DNA of 20,000 nucleotides from Trichinella spiralis (Eukaryota): NCBI RefSeq assembly GCF_000181795.1, contig NW_003526944.1, positions 5,643,832 to 5,663,831 of the forward strand, read 5' to 3'. Shown piece by piece: positions 1 to 11,341 of this stretch (position 1 is its first letter; each line of letters starts with the position of its first letter). The notes under the pieces were generated by a model. It saw only the letters and a program-made list of their open reading frames with translations, ran no database searches and was not told where the DNA came from. The position numbers and the translations under genes were made by a program.

Positions 1-618
1 CAAATTTGATTTATAAATATAAATTTATAAAAAAATAATTTAGAATTTATGAGTATGTACTTTGTCATTTACAATTTAATTTTCAATTAAAAAGTGCATA
101 AATTTAATTAAAATATGGAAGAAGAATTTAATAATGCTTTAAACTTAATCACATTTACATACTGTTATATAATCATATTTACACATAATAAACATTTTAA
201 TTTAATTTTTAGAGTAGAAAAACAGTATACTATGAAATATTTGAATTCAACATTTACTAAAAATATGAAAATGAATTCAATTATGTGAAAATGATGCAGA
301 AACTGTATTATTGGTAGAAATTGTAAAATACTTGCACTAGTAATTATATTCAAAAAAATTTTATATTTGCAAAATTTTAAGTAATTATATACAATAATTA
401 CATTATTGATAAAATAAAAGACAAAATAAGCAAAATCTGCACGTGTAAATATAAAATTTACATAAAAAGAGCAATTACAAGCATATTTACATAAAAAGTA
501 TAAAAATTTAGAATATATGAAATTCTTAAACATGCATTTATCTTACTGTATAAACTTTCAGTATCACATTCCATTTTGCGTTAAATCTCTGGTTGTATAC
601 GTCAATTTGCTCTAATCA

Positions 619-3600
619 ATGTCTTCTTTGGAGGCTTTGAAAAGTGAGATTGATCGGCTTTCTCATGAATTGGATGAGGCATGCAATCAGAAAATTCAAG
701 CGGCAAAGTACGGTCTGCAAGTGCTTGAGGAGAAACAAGCGCTCGAGACAAAGTACGAAGCACTCGAATCTTCTTACGAGGTCACCAAACAAGAATTAGA
801 CATCGTAAAAGAAGTAATTAACTTTTAATAATTAATTTGAATTTGAATAATTGAATTTTAATAATTGATTTATTTGAAACATTTTGTTCTTTAAAAATTG
901 TTTATAAATTTACTGTTGCTGAGTTAAGATTATTATTTTTTCTCGTAAGAATAGGAATTTAACGCTTTATGAGAAAGTAATTATGTTGCGTGTTTCAGGC
1001 GCTCAGCCATTTCCAGCTGAAGCATCGAGAAGTGGAAAAACATGGAGTCCAACACGAAGAGAGTCTTTTACAAGAAACCGCAAATCGTGAATCTGAGTTG
1101 CTGAGTAAAATTACTGCGCTTGAACAAGATCTTCGGCAAGCGGATCAAGTTCATTCATTTTCACTTTTAATGCATTCTGTTTCAAGTTTTTGTGCTGGGA
1201 AAGTTTTTCTTTTTAGGAAATTTCACGTACGAAATCAGAATGGCAACAGTTGCAAGAAATGAACGATATTTTAAAGTCGGAAAAAGAAAATTTCGAGATA
1301 TGCGCTCGAAATTTAAGAAAAGAAATGGATGAATTGAAACACAGGGAACAGCGATTAATATGCGATTATTCTGAACTGGAAGAAGAAAATTTGAATTTGC
1401 AGAAACAGGTAAATTTTTTAAATGTGTATTTTGTATTTCTTTTCTTTTGCTTTCAATTGTTGCTGTTGCGTAATCTTTGAAAACGGTTGGTTGTCTTGTT
1501 GGCGGTGTCGAACTTCTTTTTCTAATTTAAAGCTTTGTCCGGTGCAAAGGAGTTGATTAATTAATTTTTTTCATCTTTACACGAAATGTTGTTCAATTGA
1601 TTCATTTATTCAGGGAAAGTTATGACGCGGTTTTGCTTTCATTTCTGCTCAGTGTCCATGCTTCTTGCCCTGCTTTCACAGAAACTTGTCATTTTCTTTG
1701 ATGAACTATATATATATACTTGACAAATGTACTTGATCTTTGATTTTATGAATGTTAGATGAAAAGTTTGTTCATCCATTTTAAATACTGTGTTGTGTAC
1801 TTATGTTGTATTTAAAATTTAATTTTTTCCCTTTTGAAATTGTTTTATTTGGCAATTTGATTGTAAAAAGAATACTTGAGTTATAAAATATATCCTATTT
1901 GAAAGGAATTTCATATTTTTGACATTACATTTATTTATTTTTTTAGTTAGTGACAAATTTAGTTAAAATGCTTGTTCCTTTTTTTTAGTTTTAGTTGTTC
2001 ACATGAACGGCAGAAATGTAATGTGGATTAAAATTGTCGAATAAGTTGATATGAAGTGAACTGAAGCGGGAAGTGTTCCTAGCTTTGCTGAGAGATTATT
2101 TTTTGATGAATACGTTTGCAATTTTTTATCAGTTGTGTTGACGTCAAATTAGGTTGTGAAATTTTTTTTCTTTCTAATAAGTTTCAACTTCCAATTAATT
2201 ATTCGATAACCCAGTTATATCTGATGTACTTTATACAAATGTAAATGTGAACCTTATGAAAAATTGTTGTTATTGAATATAATTTAAAATTAAAAAAAGT
2301 TTTGCAATGAAGATTATATATTTTTTTTTCTTAATAAAAATAATTTAATTTTATTGAATTCGATTTTTGTAAAAAAATTTTTTCAGTAAGTAAATTAAGT
2401 AAGTAAAGTTTTCTTCAGTATTTTCTTCTTTTGTGTTCAATTTGCAGATGAAGATTTATTTATTTTTTGAATTACGAATTACAGTATGCAGTCATTTTTG
2501 ATATGAATTCATAGGTTCATTGTTGTATGTAAATTTTTGAGAATGTAATAATTAAAATTTTTTTTACATTTCTTATTGTAATGTCTTGTATCGGTAGAAG
2601 GACACATAATGAGCGCTAACTATACTTTTATTTGAGCAAAAACAATACACACTAGAAACTGAGGCACGCGCACACACACACACGCATGCTCACTGACTGA
2701 CTCACCCCCGATTTTACCATATTCCCAGTGTCTTTGAACATGATTATCTGATACATTACACCAATATTGATGCTTTTTTACTGTTTTTAAATTAGTTGGA
2801 TTCTACGAAACGAGTTCAAATTGATTTTGATTCGATGAAATTTGAATTGGAAAAACTGTACGAAGAGATGCAAGTGTTGCGCTTTCAAAGTGACGAAGCT
2901 TCAGAATTGAAAGAGATCGCCGAACGTCAAGTTGAAGAGGCGCTACGTTCGTTGCAGCAAGAACGTGAACAAAGGTTGGCTTTGAAAAAAGAAGTTGACC
3001 AGTTGAAAAATGCCGAATTGTTCAATTCGAATATGAGCAATTTGGCGCAAAGCGTTTTTGGTATGCAAATTCTCGTGGACGACAAAGTGTCCAGTCCGGC
3101 TATGTTCAAGCAGTTGCAAGCGTCAATGGAAGAAGACGGTGAAAGCGATCATTACCAACCGATGGATTTGTTCAGTGAAATGCATGGCGCGCAAGTGAAA
3201 AAACTCGAATTGGAACTCAGTTCAGCTAATCGACAAAGAGAAGAAATGCAAAAACAGCTTGATGTATGCATGCGTCAGCTAAATTGTATTCTGTTTGAAG
3301 TTTGTTTTTTAGATTAATTAATTTTTTTTGTGTTTGTTTTTGTTTCAGGAAGCGAATCGATTGGTGGATCAAATCGTGGATGTCGTGAATAGCAGTGTAG
3401 CGGACGTGATGTGCCTCATTTGTGACAATGCTCCGGAAAGCTTCAAAGGTTTATTCAAAGATGACAATAGCCTTATTTTGACAATGCAGCAACGATTTCT
3501 TGACATTGTCAGTCGACTGAAAACATTAGTAGAAAATGGCAAATTGCTAGCTAGTGATGCAGTCGTGGATCAGCAGACCACCGAACGGATCCAGACCATG

Positions 3601-4897
3601 GAAGATGACTTGCGTTCATTGCTCGCTCACGCTGCACAGTCCAAGGCTTGTTTGATGCAAGCGCAGAACGAAATGTGCAGCGTCAGTGAGACGTTGTCGC
3701 AATTTTATCAAGATGTTTGTAGTCGATCTGGTAAAATTATTTTTCGACGATGATACAATTTTGGAATTTTATTAATTGACTTATTATAGGTTTGACTCCA
3801 GATCCGGTTATGCTTGAACACACGAAAAGTTCAGATTTGTATAAAAGTAATAATAGCAGTTTTGAAATTAGTTATGATGCAGAGTGTAGTAGCGTGGACG
3901 AGTCGATCAGTTTATCCGGTGGTTGTTTGGCGATAGCCGATGGGCGTGGTAAAGTTGAAAATTTGGAAGCCCGCGTTGTTTCCACATCGGAAAAAAACCA
4001 ACTGGTCGAATCTATAGTTGGTGGTTTGAAATCAGATTTTCGTAAACTGTTGGCTGGGTTGGATGTAGAAATTGAACAACAAGCGCCGCTATTTCAGGTA
4101 GAAAAGATTTCCAACTTGTGTCAGTTGATTCTTTGCTTATGTTAATTCAGGTAATTGACACGGTTCGAGATCAAGTGACTTCGTTGAGCAGAACGGTAGA
4201 CAGTGCGTTGAAGGGATGCTCTTCGAGTGGGGTGGTGGAAAAGGCGACGAAATCGGTGCCCACGACCGCGCAGAGAAGTTCTGAAGAATTAGTTCAGCAG
4301 AATGTGCAGCTCAGGTCGATGCTTTCGACCAAACGGGAACAGATCGCCACTCTGAGAGCTTTGCTCAAATCGAACAAGCAAGTGGCCGAAACCGCCTTGG
4401 GCCAGCTGAGGGTACGTTACCAAAATGAGAAACGTACCGTAACTGAGACGATGGGAAAGTTGCGTCAAGAGTTGAAATCGTTGAAAGAAGACGCCGCCAC
4501 CTTTGCCAGCGTACGGGCAATGTTCACTGCCCGTTGCTGCGAGTACCAAGCCGAAGTTGAGGATTACCAGCGGCAATTGTCGGCCGCCGAAGAGGAGAAA
4601 AAGACCCTGAACAGTTTGCTCAGAATGGCCATACAGCAGAAGTTGGCTTTGACCCAACGGCTCGAAGAATTGGAGATGGACCGTGAGAGGAGTAACATGC
4701 GTCGACCGATTGGGTCCAAAGCTCAGCAAGGCGTCGGTAGAGTTTCCCAACAACCGTCATCGTCCACGGCTTCTGCCGTTTCCTCCAACGGCCCGCGCGA
4801 TTCCAAATCCCAAAATTCCTTACCCCCTTCTTCTTCTGCATCTTCGGCTGGTTCCGCATTTCGTCAGCTTGGTGTTCGACATCGGCGCAACGCGTGA
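619..4897 (+). CDS. BicD: Protein Bicaudal D homologue (dynein-dynactin cargo adaptor), 7 exons, ~813 aa
   Basis: Exons 619-813, 999-1148, 1217-1408, 2796-3263, 3349-3730, 3790-4097, 4151-4897 join in frame across GT-AG introns. The protein has the N-terminal CC1 box (QAAKYGLQVLEEK), DYSELEEENLNLQKQ, a Spindly-like motif (DLFSEM) and the conserved BicD C-terminal coil (LRSMLSTKREQIATLRALLKSNKQVAE...LKEDAATFASVRAMF...EEEKKTLNSLLRMAIQQKLALTQRLEELE). The exon 4 donor could alternatively be at 3300. Confidence 0.95.
2671..2683. repeat. Short (CA)n microsatellite in BicD intron 3
   Basis: (CA)6 within GCACGCGCACACACACACACGCATGC. Confidence 0.7.
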
Positions 4898-5604
4898 TTT
4901 TTTCCTCCATTTTATTTTTTTAAAATTTCACTTCATCAATTTTCCCGTAATATATTAATTTTCTTCCCCATTCACTGATTTCCATTTGTTTCTCACATTT
5001 TAGTTTCCAAATCTCAAATCACACCGACCGATCAACAATTGCTGTTGCATTGGATATTATTCTGTGCAATATTTCGTACGTCAGTTTCTTTCTTGGTTTT
5101 TTTTGTTTTAATTATTTTTCAAAGTTTTTTTTACTCGTACTCACTCAATGCGGAGTGATTCAAAACTCAAATTTCAGCTTATTCTCTGATGCGGTTTAGT
5201 TGGCTACTTATTTGCTCGATTTATTCGTTTTCATGCCGCTTGAACGTTGCTGCTTTTTATTTTTTCTTTATGCGGTGGTGCCTTTTTCCATTTTTCTGGA
5301 AATATTAAAACTGTGATACTTTTACGTTGTTTGTTTATTTGTTTTTAACTTTTTCGAAATTGATGTTGTGATTTTGCATTATTTTTATACTGGAAAAGTT
5401 AATTTCGCTCAGTTGCTGAAGGCATATCTGTACATATGTATATTTGGCCCGATTAAAATGGCATGATTTCACAAGTGATATAGATGTTTGTTTTGTGACC
5501 ATTTGTCGTCGATCGATATTGCCGACTGCATTTCTGGTGTGTGATGAAATTTATATTTTTTTTGAGGTTGATTTTTTATACAAAAGGAAAAAGCAAGCAA
5601 TCAG

Positions 5605-8000
5605 ATGATGTCAACAGGATCAGCTGTAGCGACGAAACAATTCTGGGAAAATGTTTATCAGGTGGAGATGGAAAATTTTGTCGACAGTGGTCATGTCGGA
5701 GAAGTGTGGTAAATATAAGTGGTGTTATTTTTTCTTTATTTTGTGATATTTTTAACATACAGTTGATGAACATGTGTTTTGTTAAACACCAATTTTTTTT
5801 AATATTTTTTTTTGTTTCTCCTCGCTGATTTTTACAATTCCATACCGATCGATTTCTTAAATTATAATCTCGGACAGATTTTGGACCATCTGACTGAATT
5901 CGCATAATGTCAGTAATCATTTGATCTTGCTGTGAAGTTGGAAAAATCGTTCAATTCTGTCCTTTTTCCTTGATCAGAGCACGGAGCTTTTCTTCAAACA
6001 CAGCCTTTCTATTTATCAGAACTTTAACAAATTGGGAAGTGGGTTGCCTTTTCCTTTCTGATGATACATAAAATCATGCTCCAACGATTTGTAGCTGAAC
6101 TTGTTGCTACTAGGTTTGATGTGGACTTCCGGGTTTGATGTCAGAAAAATGGATAATATGTCTGCAAAATCTGAAATGTGGCGCCAACACTTTTAATTTA
6201 TCCACAAATGGCGCCAAAGCTTACGCTAAAGACTGCGATGTCGAATGTCTGTTGAAATAAAAAAATTTTAATCGTGTCCTTCGATTTGGCGTCGTTCAAT
6301 TTTTTATGCTGGCATCATCAAATGAATGGTTTATATGGAATTTTATCAAAAGCGTCTATTTCTATTTCTATTTGTAACGATTGAAGAAAACTGTTCTAAG
6401 AAGTGTCAACTACCAGTGATAGCTGCTTGGCGACTTCCTTGTGAACTTCATGATGCTGACAGATCAGCGATGACAAATTTGGCATTTAGAAGGGATATTG
6501 CAGCTCATCTCCTGCGAGCAACACCGCTACAGATCTTAAGGCCTAGACGTAATGATATTTGCACGTAGCCATTTGCCAAACAGTTTGCGAAGCTCAAGTG
6601 GACATTTCCTGCAGTAAAGTACGCAGGGTCATTGCGCAGTTTGCAAAAAAAACTGCAGAAATCAGTCAGTTCAGTGTGACAAACGGTTTCACCAGATAGA
6701 TTTCCCAATATATCATCAGCAGCTCAATATCATGATAGTATTGTGTAACTGTTGCTGCCAATATGTTTACTATTCAACAGTGATGAATTGTAGAAATAAA
6801 CACCGTATACTGTTTTCATGAAGACACTGCAGTGTACAATATTCCCAAATGGGTACACGATAAAAAACAACTTTGAAATTATTTTTTCATAATGATTTTT
6901 CATTTATATCTTAACTAACTCTCAAGGACTGTATCTGCAAAATTAAGTATTCACTTCAACTGGATCGCAATTCAGTCACTAAAGGGTTAATAAAAGCATT
7001 TCAACATACAGCATGACTTGTAAGCCATATTCTTTCAATATTAGGCAAATGCTTATTGCCTATTATCAATAATATGCAGTGTTTTTTGCCTGTTATCAAT
7101 AATAGACAATTTTTAACATTAGGCGTAACATATATATATATATGAAATGCGCTATTGTTTGAAATTTTTTGAAAATAGCATTTATTAATTTCAATTATAT
7201 TTTGATCAGGTTTGGGAAGGCTTGCGAATTAAGAATGGTCAAGTGGTTAGAAGAGCGTGAAAATATTATTCCAAAACATAGTTCTATTCTAGACCTTGGA
7301 TGTGGTAATGCGTCACTACTTTTGAATTTAGTATGGAAGAGATGAAAAAAGAATTTTCTTTTCTTTTTTTTTCTTTATTAATTTTAGGCAAAGCGGGGTT
7401 ATAGCAATTTGACTGGTATTGATTATTCGGATAGCGCAATTCAACTTGCGCAAGCGAAAGCAAACCGAGAAAAGTTGAACCAAATACATTTTCAGGTATG
7501 TTTCATTGAATTTTTAAAATTATTATTTATTTTTCTATTTAAAAACTTTCATCTAATTAATTTTCCTTCAGAATTTGGATTTGATGATTAATAGTGAAAA
7601 TTTGCATAATAAGTTTGACGTTATTCTTGACAAAGGCACGTTCGATGTGATCAGTTTACGCGAGGATGCGGAAAAAGCTGTACCGGTTTATATTTCAAAT
7701 GTGACTCGTTATTATTGCCGAAAAAGCAATTTGCCGAGATTATTTTTCATCGCTTCTTGTAACAATACACGAACGGAACTGATTAATTATTTTGAAACGA
7801 GTATTTTATTATTTTTTTCAAATTTACATCATTTGTAATCTGATCATATATGACCATATGAATAAAATGTATTGGTTTTAGACTTCGAAATCATGGACGA
7901 AGAACATTTCTCAACAATCAACTTTGGAGGCAAAACTGGCACTACGTTGACATGCGTAATATTTTCATTGAAAAGTAGTGCGTATAATACACACATATAA
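5605..8000 (+). CDS. EEF1AKMT2: EEF1A lysine methyltransferase 2 (METTL10/Efm4 family), 5 exons, ~226 aa
   Basis: Exons 5605-5708, 7210-7330, 7388-7495, 7572-7800, 7882-8000 splice in frame: ATKQFWENVYQVEMENFVDSGHVGEVW|FG..., SAM motif I ILDLGCGN, LTGIDYS, DVILDKGTFDVISL, ASCN, C-terminal INFGGKTG. These are METTL10/Efm4 hallmarks. The start codon is uncertain; an in-frame acceptor at 5586 could add a short upstream exon. Confidence 0.9.
5845..7130 (-). mobile_element. Truncated Ginger2/KRBA2-like DNA transposon remnant in METTL10 intron 1
   Basis: The minus-strand terminus TGTTACGCCTAA starts at 7130 next to a (TA)n run, followed by two subterminal repeats TATTATTGATAA(C/T)AGGCA. A decayed frame at 6016-5849 reads (I)NRKAVFEEKLRALIKEKGQN*TIFPTSQQDQMITDIMRIQSDGPKSVRDYNLRNR, which I recall (unsearched) as the N-terminus of nematode KRBA2-like integrase proteins. 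No 3' part or second TIR is visible. Confidence 0.55.
6404..6990 (+). mobile_element. piggyBac (PGBD2/3-like) 3' remnant with right terminus
   Basis: Disrupted transposase C-terminus: VIAAWRL..LH...MTNLAFRRDIAAHLL, then Cys/His-rich HCAVCKKNCRNQSVQCDKRFHQIDFPIYH. It ends in CAGTCACTAAAGGG|TTAA (6973-6990), the canonical piggyBac end plus TTAA target. No left end was found. Confidence 0.8.
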
Positions 8001-8336
8001 TGTGTGAATAGCAGTTGTTTGTGCTAAGTTTTTTACATTCATCACAAGTTGGTTAGTTCAAATGGAATTATTTTATCGAATTTATCGAATAACTGACTTT
8101 ATTATCTTGCATGCGTTTATTAAAATGCAACAGAAAAAGAATGAAATTGAAATATATGTTTTTTTCACAAATTTCTTTACAGTTGAATTTTACAATTTAA
8201 CTAGAATCAGCATTTCATTTCAAGAAAATCTAAGAAAATACAGGCTCTTTGTAAAACACTGGGGTGTTATTATTATTTTTGTTTATTGGAAATTTTTTGC
8301 ATTGAAAATATTGCTTCTTTTTTATTTGCATGCTGC

Positions 8337-9791
8337 TCATGGTCTGCCATGTTTTGGCCGCCTCTTGTGTGCATCTTCGAAAGTTTCTTGTGTATCCATT
8401 TTGGAGATATTTATTTCAGATGCCATTATTGTTTCTTGCTTTTTGAAACTGTTCAGACTTGATTTGGGACATAACTCGAATATCTGAAATGCAATATGAA
8501 CGAGAATTGTGTAATTTGTTCAATTGTACTCGTGTTTTCTTGAAACTGTGCATTTTCAGATGATACAGACATCCATACCGGACAGAAGTTGTCTTCGGAT
8601 AGGAAGAAAATCAAATCTTCAAGCAACTTCTTCAAATCACCGTTGAAGAATTCTTTACACTGAAAATTTGTAGGATTTTTTTGCTTTTTATCTTTTTCGT
8701 CAACTGTGAGGGGTAAATTTGTGTAAAAAGAAAAGATTTTCATACCTGGACTTGGGCACTTGGTGGTAATTTTTCACACAATCTTTGACCAAAATCTAGC
8801 AATTTTTTTTTCAAATCCATTGATTCCATTTTTTGCGCTAAAAAGCCGAATACAGTGTGACAAACGGCACATTCTAATTCTGCGAAATCGTTCGTGCCGG
8901 ACGGAGCTAAATTTTTAACTGAAAAGCAAAAGAAGACAGAAAAGTAGACGATGAAAATGGAAATTTTGGAATTTGAATTTTACCATCCGCACAGTGGTCA
9001 GTTGTTTTGCATATGTATTCGCCGAGTGTCATTTTCAGTGTTTCTTTGAACAAAATGGAGAAATGATTTCCAATCAGTTGAGTGCAAATTTGCGCTTGTC
9101 TTTTCGACAAAGATTCGGACTTGCAAGCACGTTCAAAATAGCTGTGGAATTTATCTTCTTTATTGAAAATTTCCTTTTCTACCATTCTTGCCCAAAGTTT
9201 GCATATGGTGCAGTCGAGACTGTTGTCTGGTTCCTTGGTATTTTTTTTTCAATTCATTGATTTAAGTTACATTTGACTTCATTTCATTATCAATTTTTAA
9301 AAAATTCAATCGCATCAACTTACTTGGAAAGCAACTCGACAATCTTTTCCCAAAATATTTTCACAACTTTCAGGAATTTCACCATTGGATTTTGCGCTGG
9401 TGAAAATTCTGAGGAACGCGTTGGTATTTACAGCGCAAGAGTAACGATGGCGAGGCAAAGCATCGCATCGACTGATCAGTTCCGCTTCAGCTTTTCTCTA
9501 CAAATATTATTATTATTATTATTATTAAATTTACTGTTGTTGTTGAGAAAAAAGATGATAATATTTCGATGGCAACATGCAAAAACATACCATCGATTGA
9601 TCGCTTCCATCCATTTGACTTGCCATTTTTTTCACTAATCGACAATAATAACATTGTTCTTTGACTGTGGGCTGTCTTTGGGCTGCTGTGAGAGCGACTG
9701 TTGCTGAAAGTGGAATAAAAAGATATGCAAATAAAATTTGGAACCCTTCTCAATTCATACCCAGAACAACAATAGCAAGCGACGTTTGCAT
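8337..9791 (-). CDS. Secreted triple saposin B-type domain protein (paralogue C), 7 exons, ~318 aa
   Basis: Exons 9791-9761, 9703-9591, 9497-9324, 9233-8984, 8906-8746, 8659-8579, 8483-8337. Signal-like MQTSLAIVVLATVALTAA is followed by three 6-Cys domains: CYYC..CDALPRHRYSC..CENILGKDC; CTIC..CKSESLSKRQAQIC..CKTTDHC; CAVC..CEKLPPSAQVQC..CPIFELC. The C-terminal tail ends KRRPKHGRP. The frame stays open across all joins. Confidence 0.85.
9505..9526. repeat. (TAT)n microsatellite in intron 2 of saposin paralogue C
   Basis: About 7 TAT units next to the minus-strand splice acceptor. Confidence 0.75.
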
Positions 9792-11341
9792 AACTGTTGC
9801 AGTAACGCTTGCTGGAAAATTTGAAAAGCCAAGTTGCTTTTCTCTGACTTTTTAAAGGCAACTTATTTGCGCTAGGCTTTCTTCAACTTTGCCCCACATT
9901 TGTCGTCATCTATTCAACGATAAGAATTCAATTTGAACTTTGAAAAGCAGCTTAGGCGCGGTGTCACGCACCAATAAATTATAATAAATCGCTTCATTTA
10001 CCATCATGGGCAAACAGTTCAAAGTCGATCCCGTTCAACTAACTGTCTGCTTTCATATCTGTCTTGTCATTCATTCCATTTCAATAAAATTTTATCAACG
10101 ACAATTTTATTTTTTTTCAACTTCTCTTTTTCTCATGCTAATAGGCATAAATTCAGAGCAAAACATATTTACTATTTACATTAAATTTTTTAAATGTAAT
10201 TTTAATTCAATTTTGTTCCTTTTTATGAGAAATGTTTCAGGTTTTGTTTTGGAATTCCTTAAAACGTGGAAAGGCAATTCAGTTTTCTAAGATATGATTA
10301 TTATACATATGCAATGAGTATGAAAATGATGTCAAAAATGTTGGACTAATTGAATTTTTTTTCTTTCTATTTTTTTAAATACAGATATTATTTGCAGTAA
10401 TTCATTTTAATAGAGTTTAATTTATTTTGTATTTTTACATCAAATTTCTGAAGTATACGAAGGTAATGCCGTTGTTGTTTTCTTTTCATTGTTCTAAAAT
10501 GAAAATTATTATAAAGCATTGTCAACGGTCATACAAAAGCAATTTCTATGTTTATTTACTTTTTCAACGACAAAATCATCTTTAGATAAAGTGGTCAAAT
10601 ATTATGCGATGACAATACAGATACCTCTTCTCTTGAAACGTATTATTTTCTCAGTTTTTTTCCAAAATTCTCATCATCATAGATATATCCATTTATTCTG
10701 TATTCGTTTCATGCGCATAAAATTTACAAAGGAACAAATTGTAGTCAATTTAAAATTATAAAATAGACATATGCCTTCTAATTACCCTTATACATGGTAA
10801 TTGCTGCTTGTTGCACATTCAAGTGGCAAAATAACAATTTTTATTAGGCCATTTCTAAAATATTTAAAAATTTAGTATTGCAATTTTTTATTTCACTACA
10901 AGTGAGATTGGAGAAATAAAAGTAATATCATTTGTTTCATTATTATTGATTGGATCAGTTTTACATTATCAAATTAATATTATTTTGATCATGTTTTTTC
11001 AGTTTTTTTCCCAATTATTATTACTTTTATTTACAATAGTATTAGGAAATACATGATATTTTATATTTTCAAATAGTAAAAGCAACTATTTTGTAAAACA
11101 ATTTAAATACATGCTTGTCTTTTCGTTGTTCCTGGTGTGTCGAATGCTTATTAATTGTGTATTGTTTATTTGTGATCAATCGGCTCACGTGCGCACACAC
11201 GTGTGCTCATTTGGAGAGAGCTTTTAGTGAAAGTTTGCACAATTTTGTTTAATTTAAATAAATAAAAAAATAAACATGTATAGATGTAGAGCATTGCTTG
11301 GGATAGAGAGATGTTTGAAAATTTGCGCTTGTCTCTGCAGT

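Noticed and set aside
165..533. 122-aa minus-strand ORF
   Set aside because: F/Y/I/K-rich translation of very AT-rich DNA upstream of BicD, with no motif.
2103..2224. Possible intronic C/D snoRNA (TGATGA...CTGA)
   Set aside because: No terminal stem or recognisable guide; the boxes are expected by chance.
4289..4958. Overlapping ORFs 4289-4753, 4620-4910 and 4683-4958
   Set aside because: Antisense or off-frame shadows of the GC-richer last BicD exon.
5541..5828. 95-aa plus-strand ORF
   Set aside because: Off-frame; the real METTL10 exon 1 (5605-5708) is in another frame.
6179..6217. TGGCGCCAA twice, resembling a tRNA-Lys primer-binding site
   Set aside because: The match is too short and no LTR is adjacent; it probably belongs to the DNA-transposon remnant.
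8062..10290. ORFs 8062-8487, 8973-9260, 9273-9638, 9487-9861, 9661-9855 and 10006-10290
   Set aside because: Antisense, off-frame or AT-rich shadows around saposin paralogue C, which explains the region with consistent splice sites.
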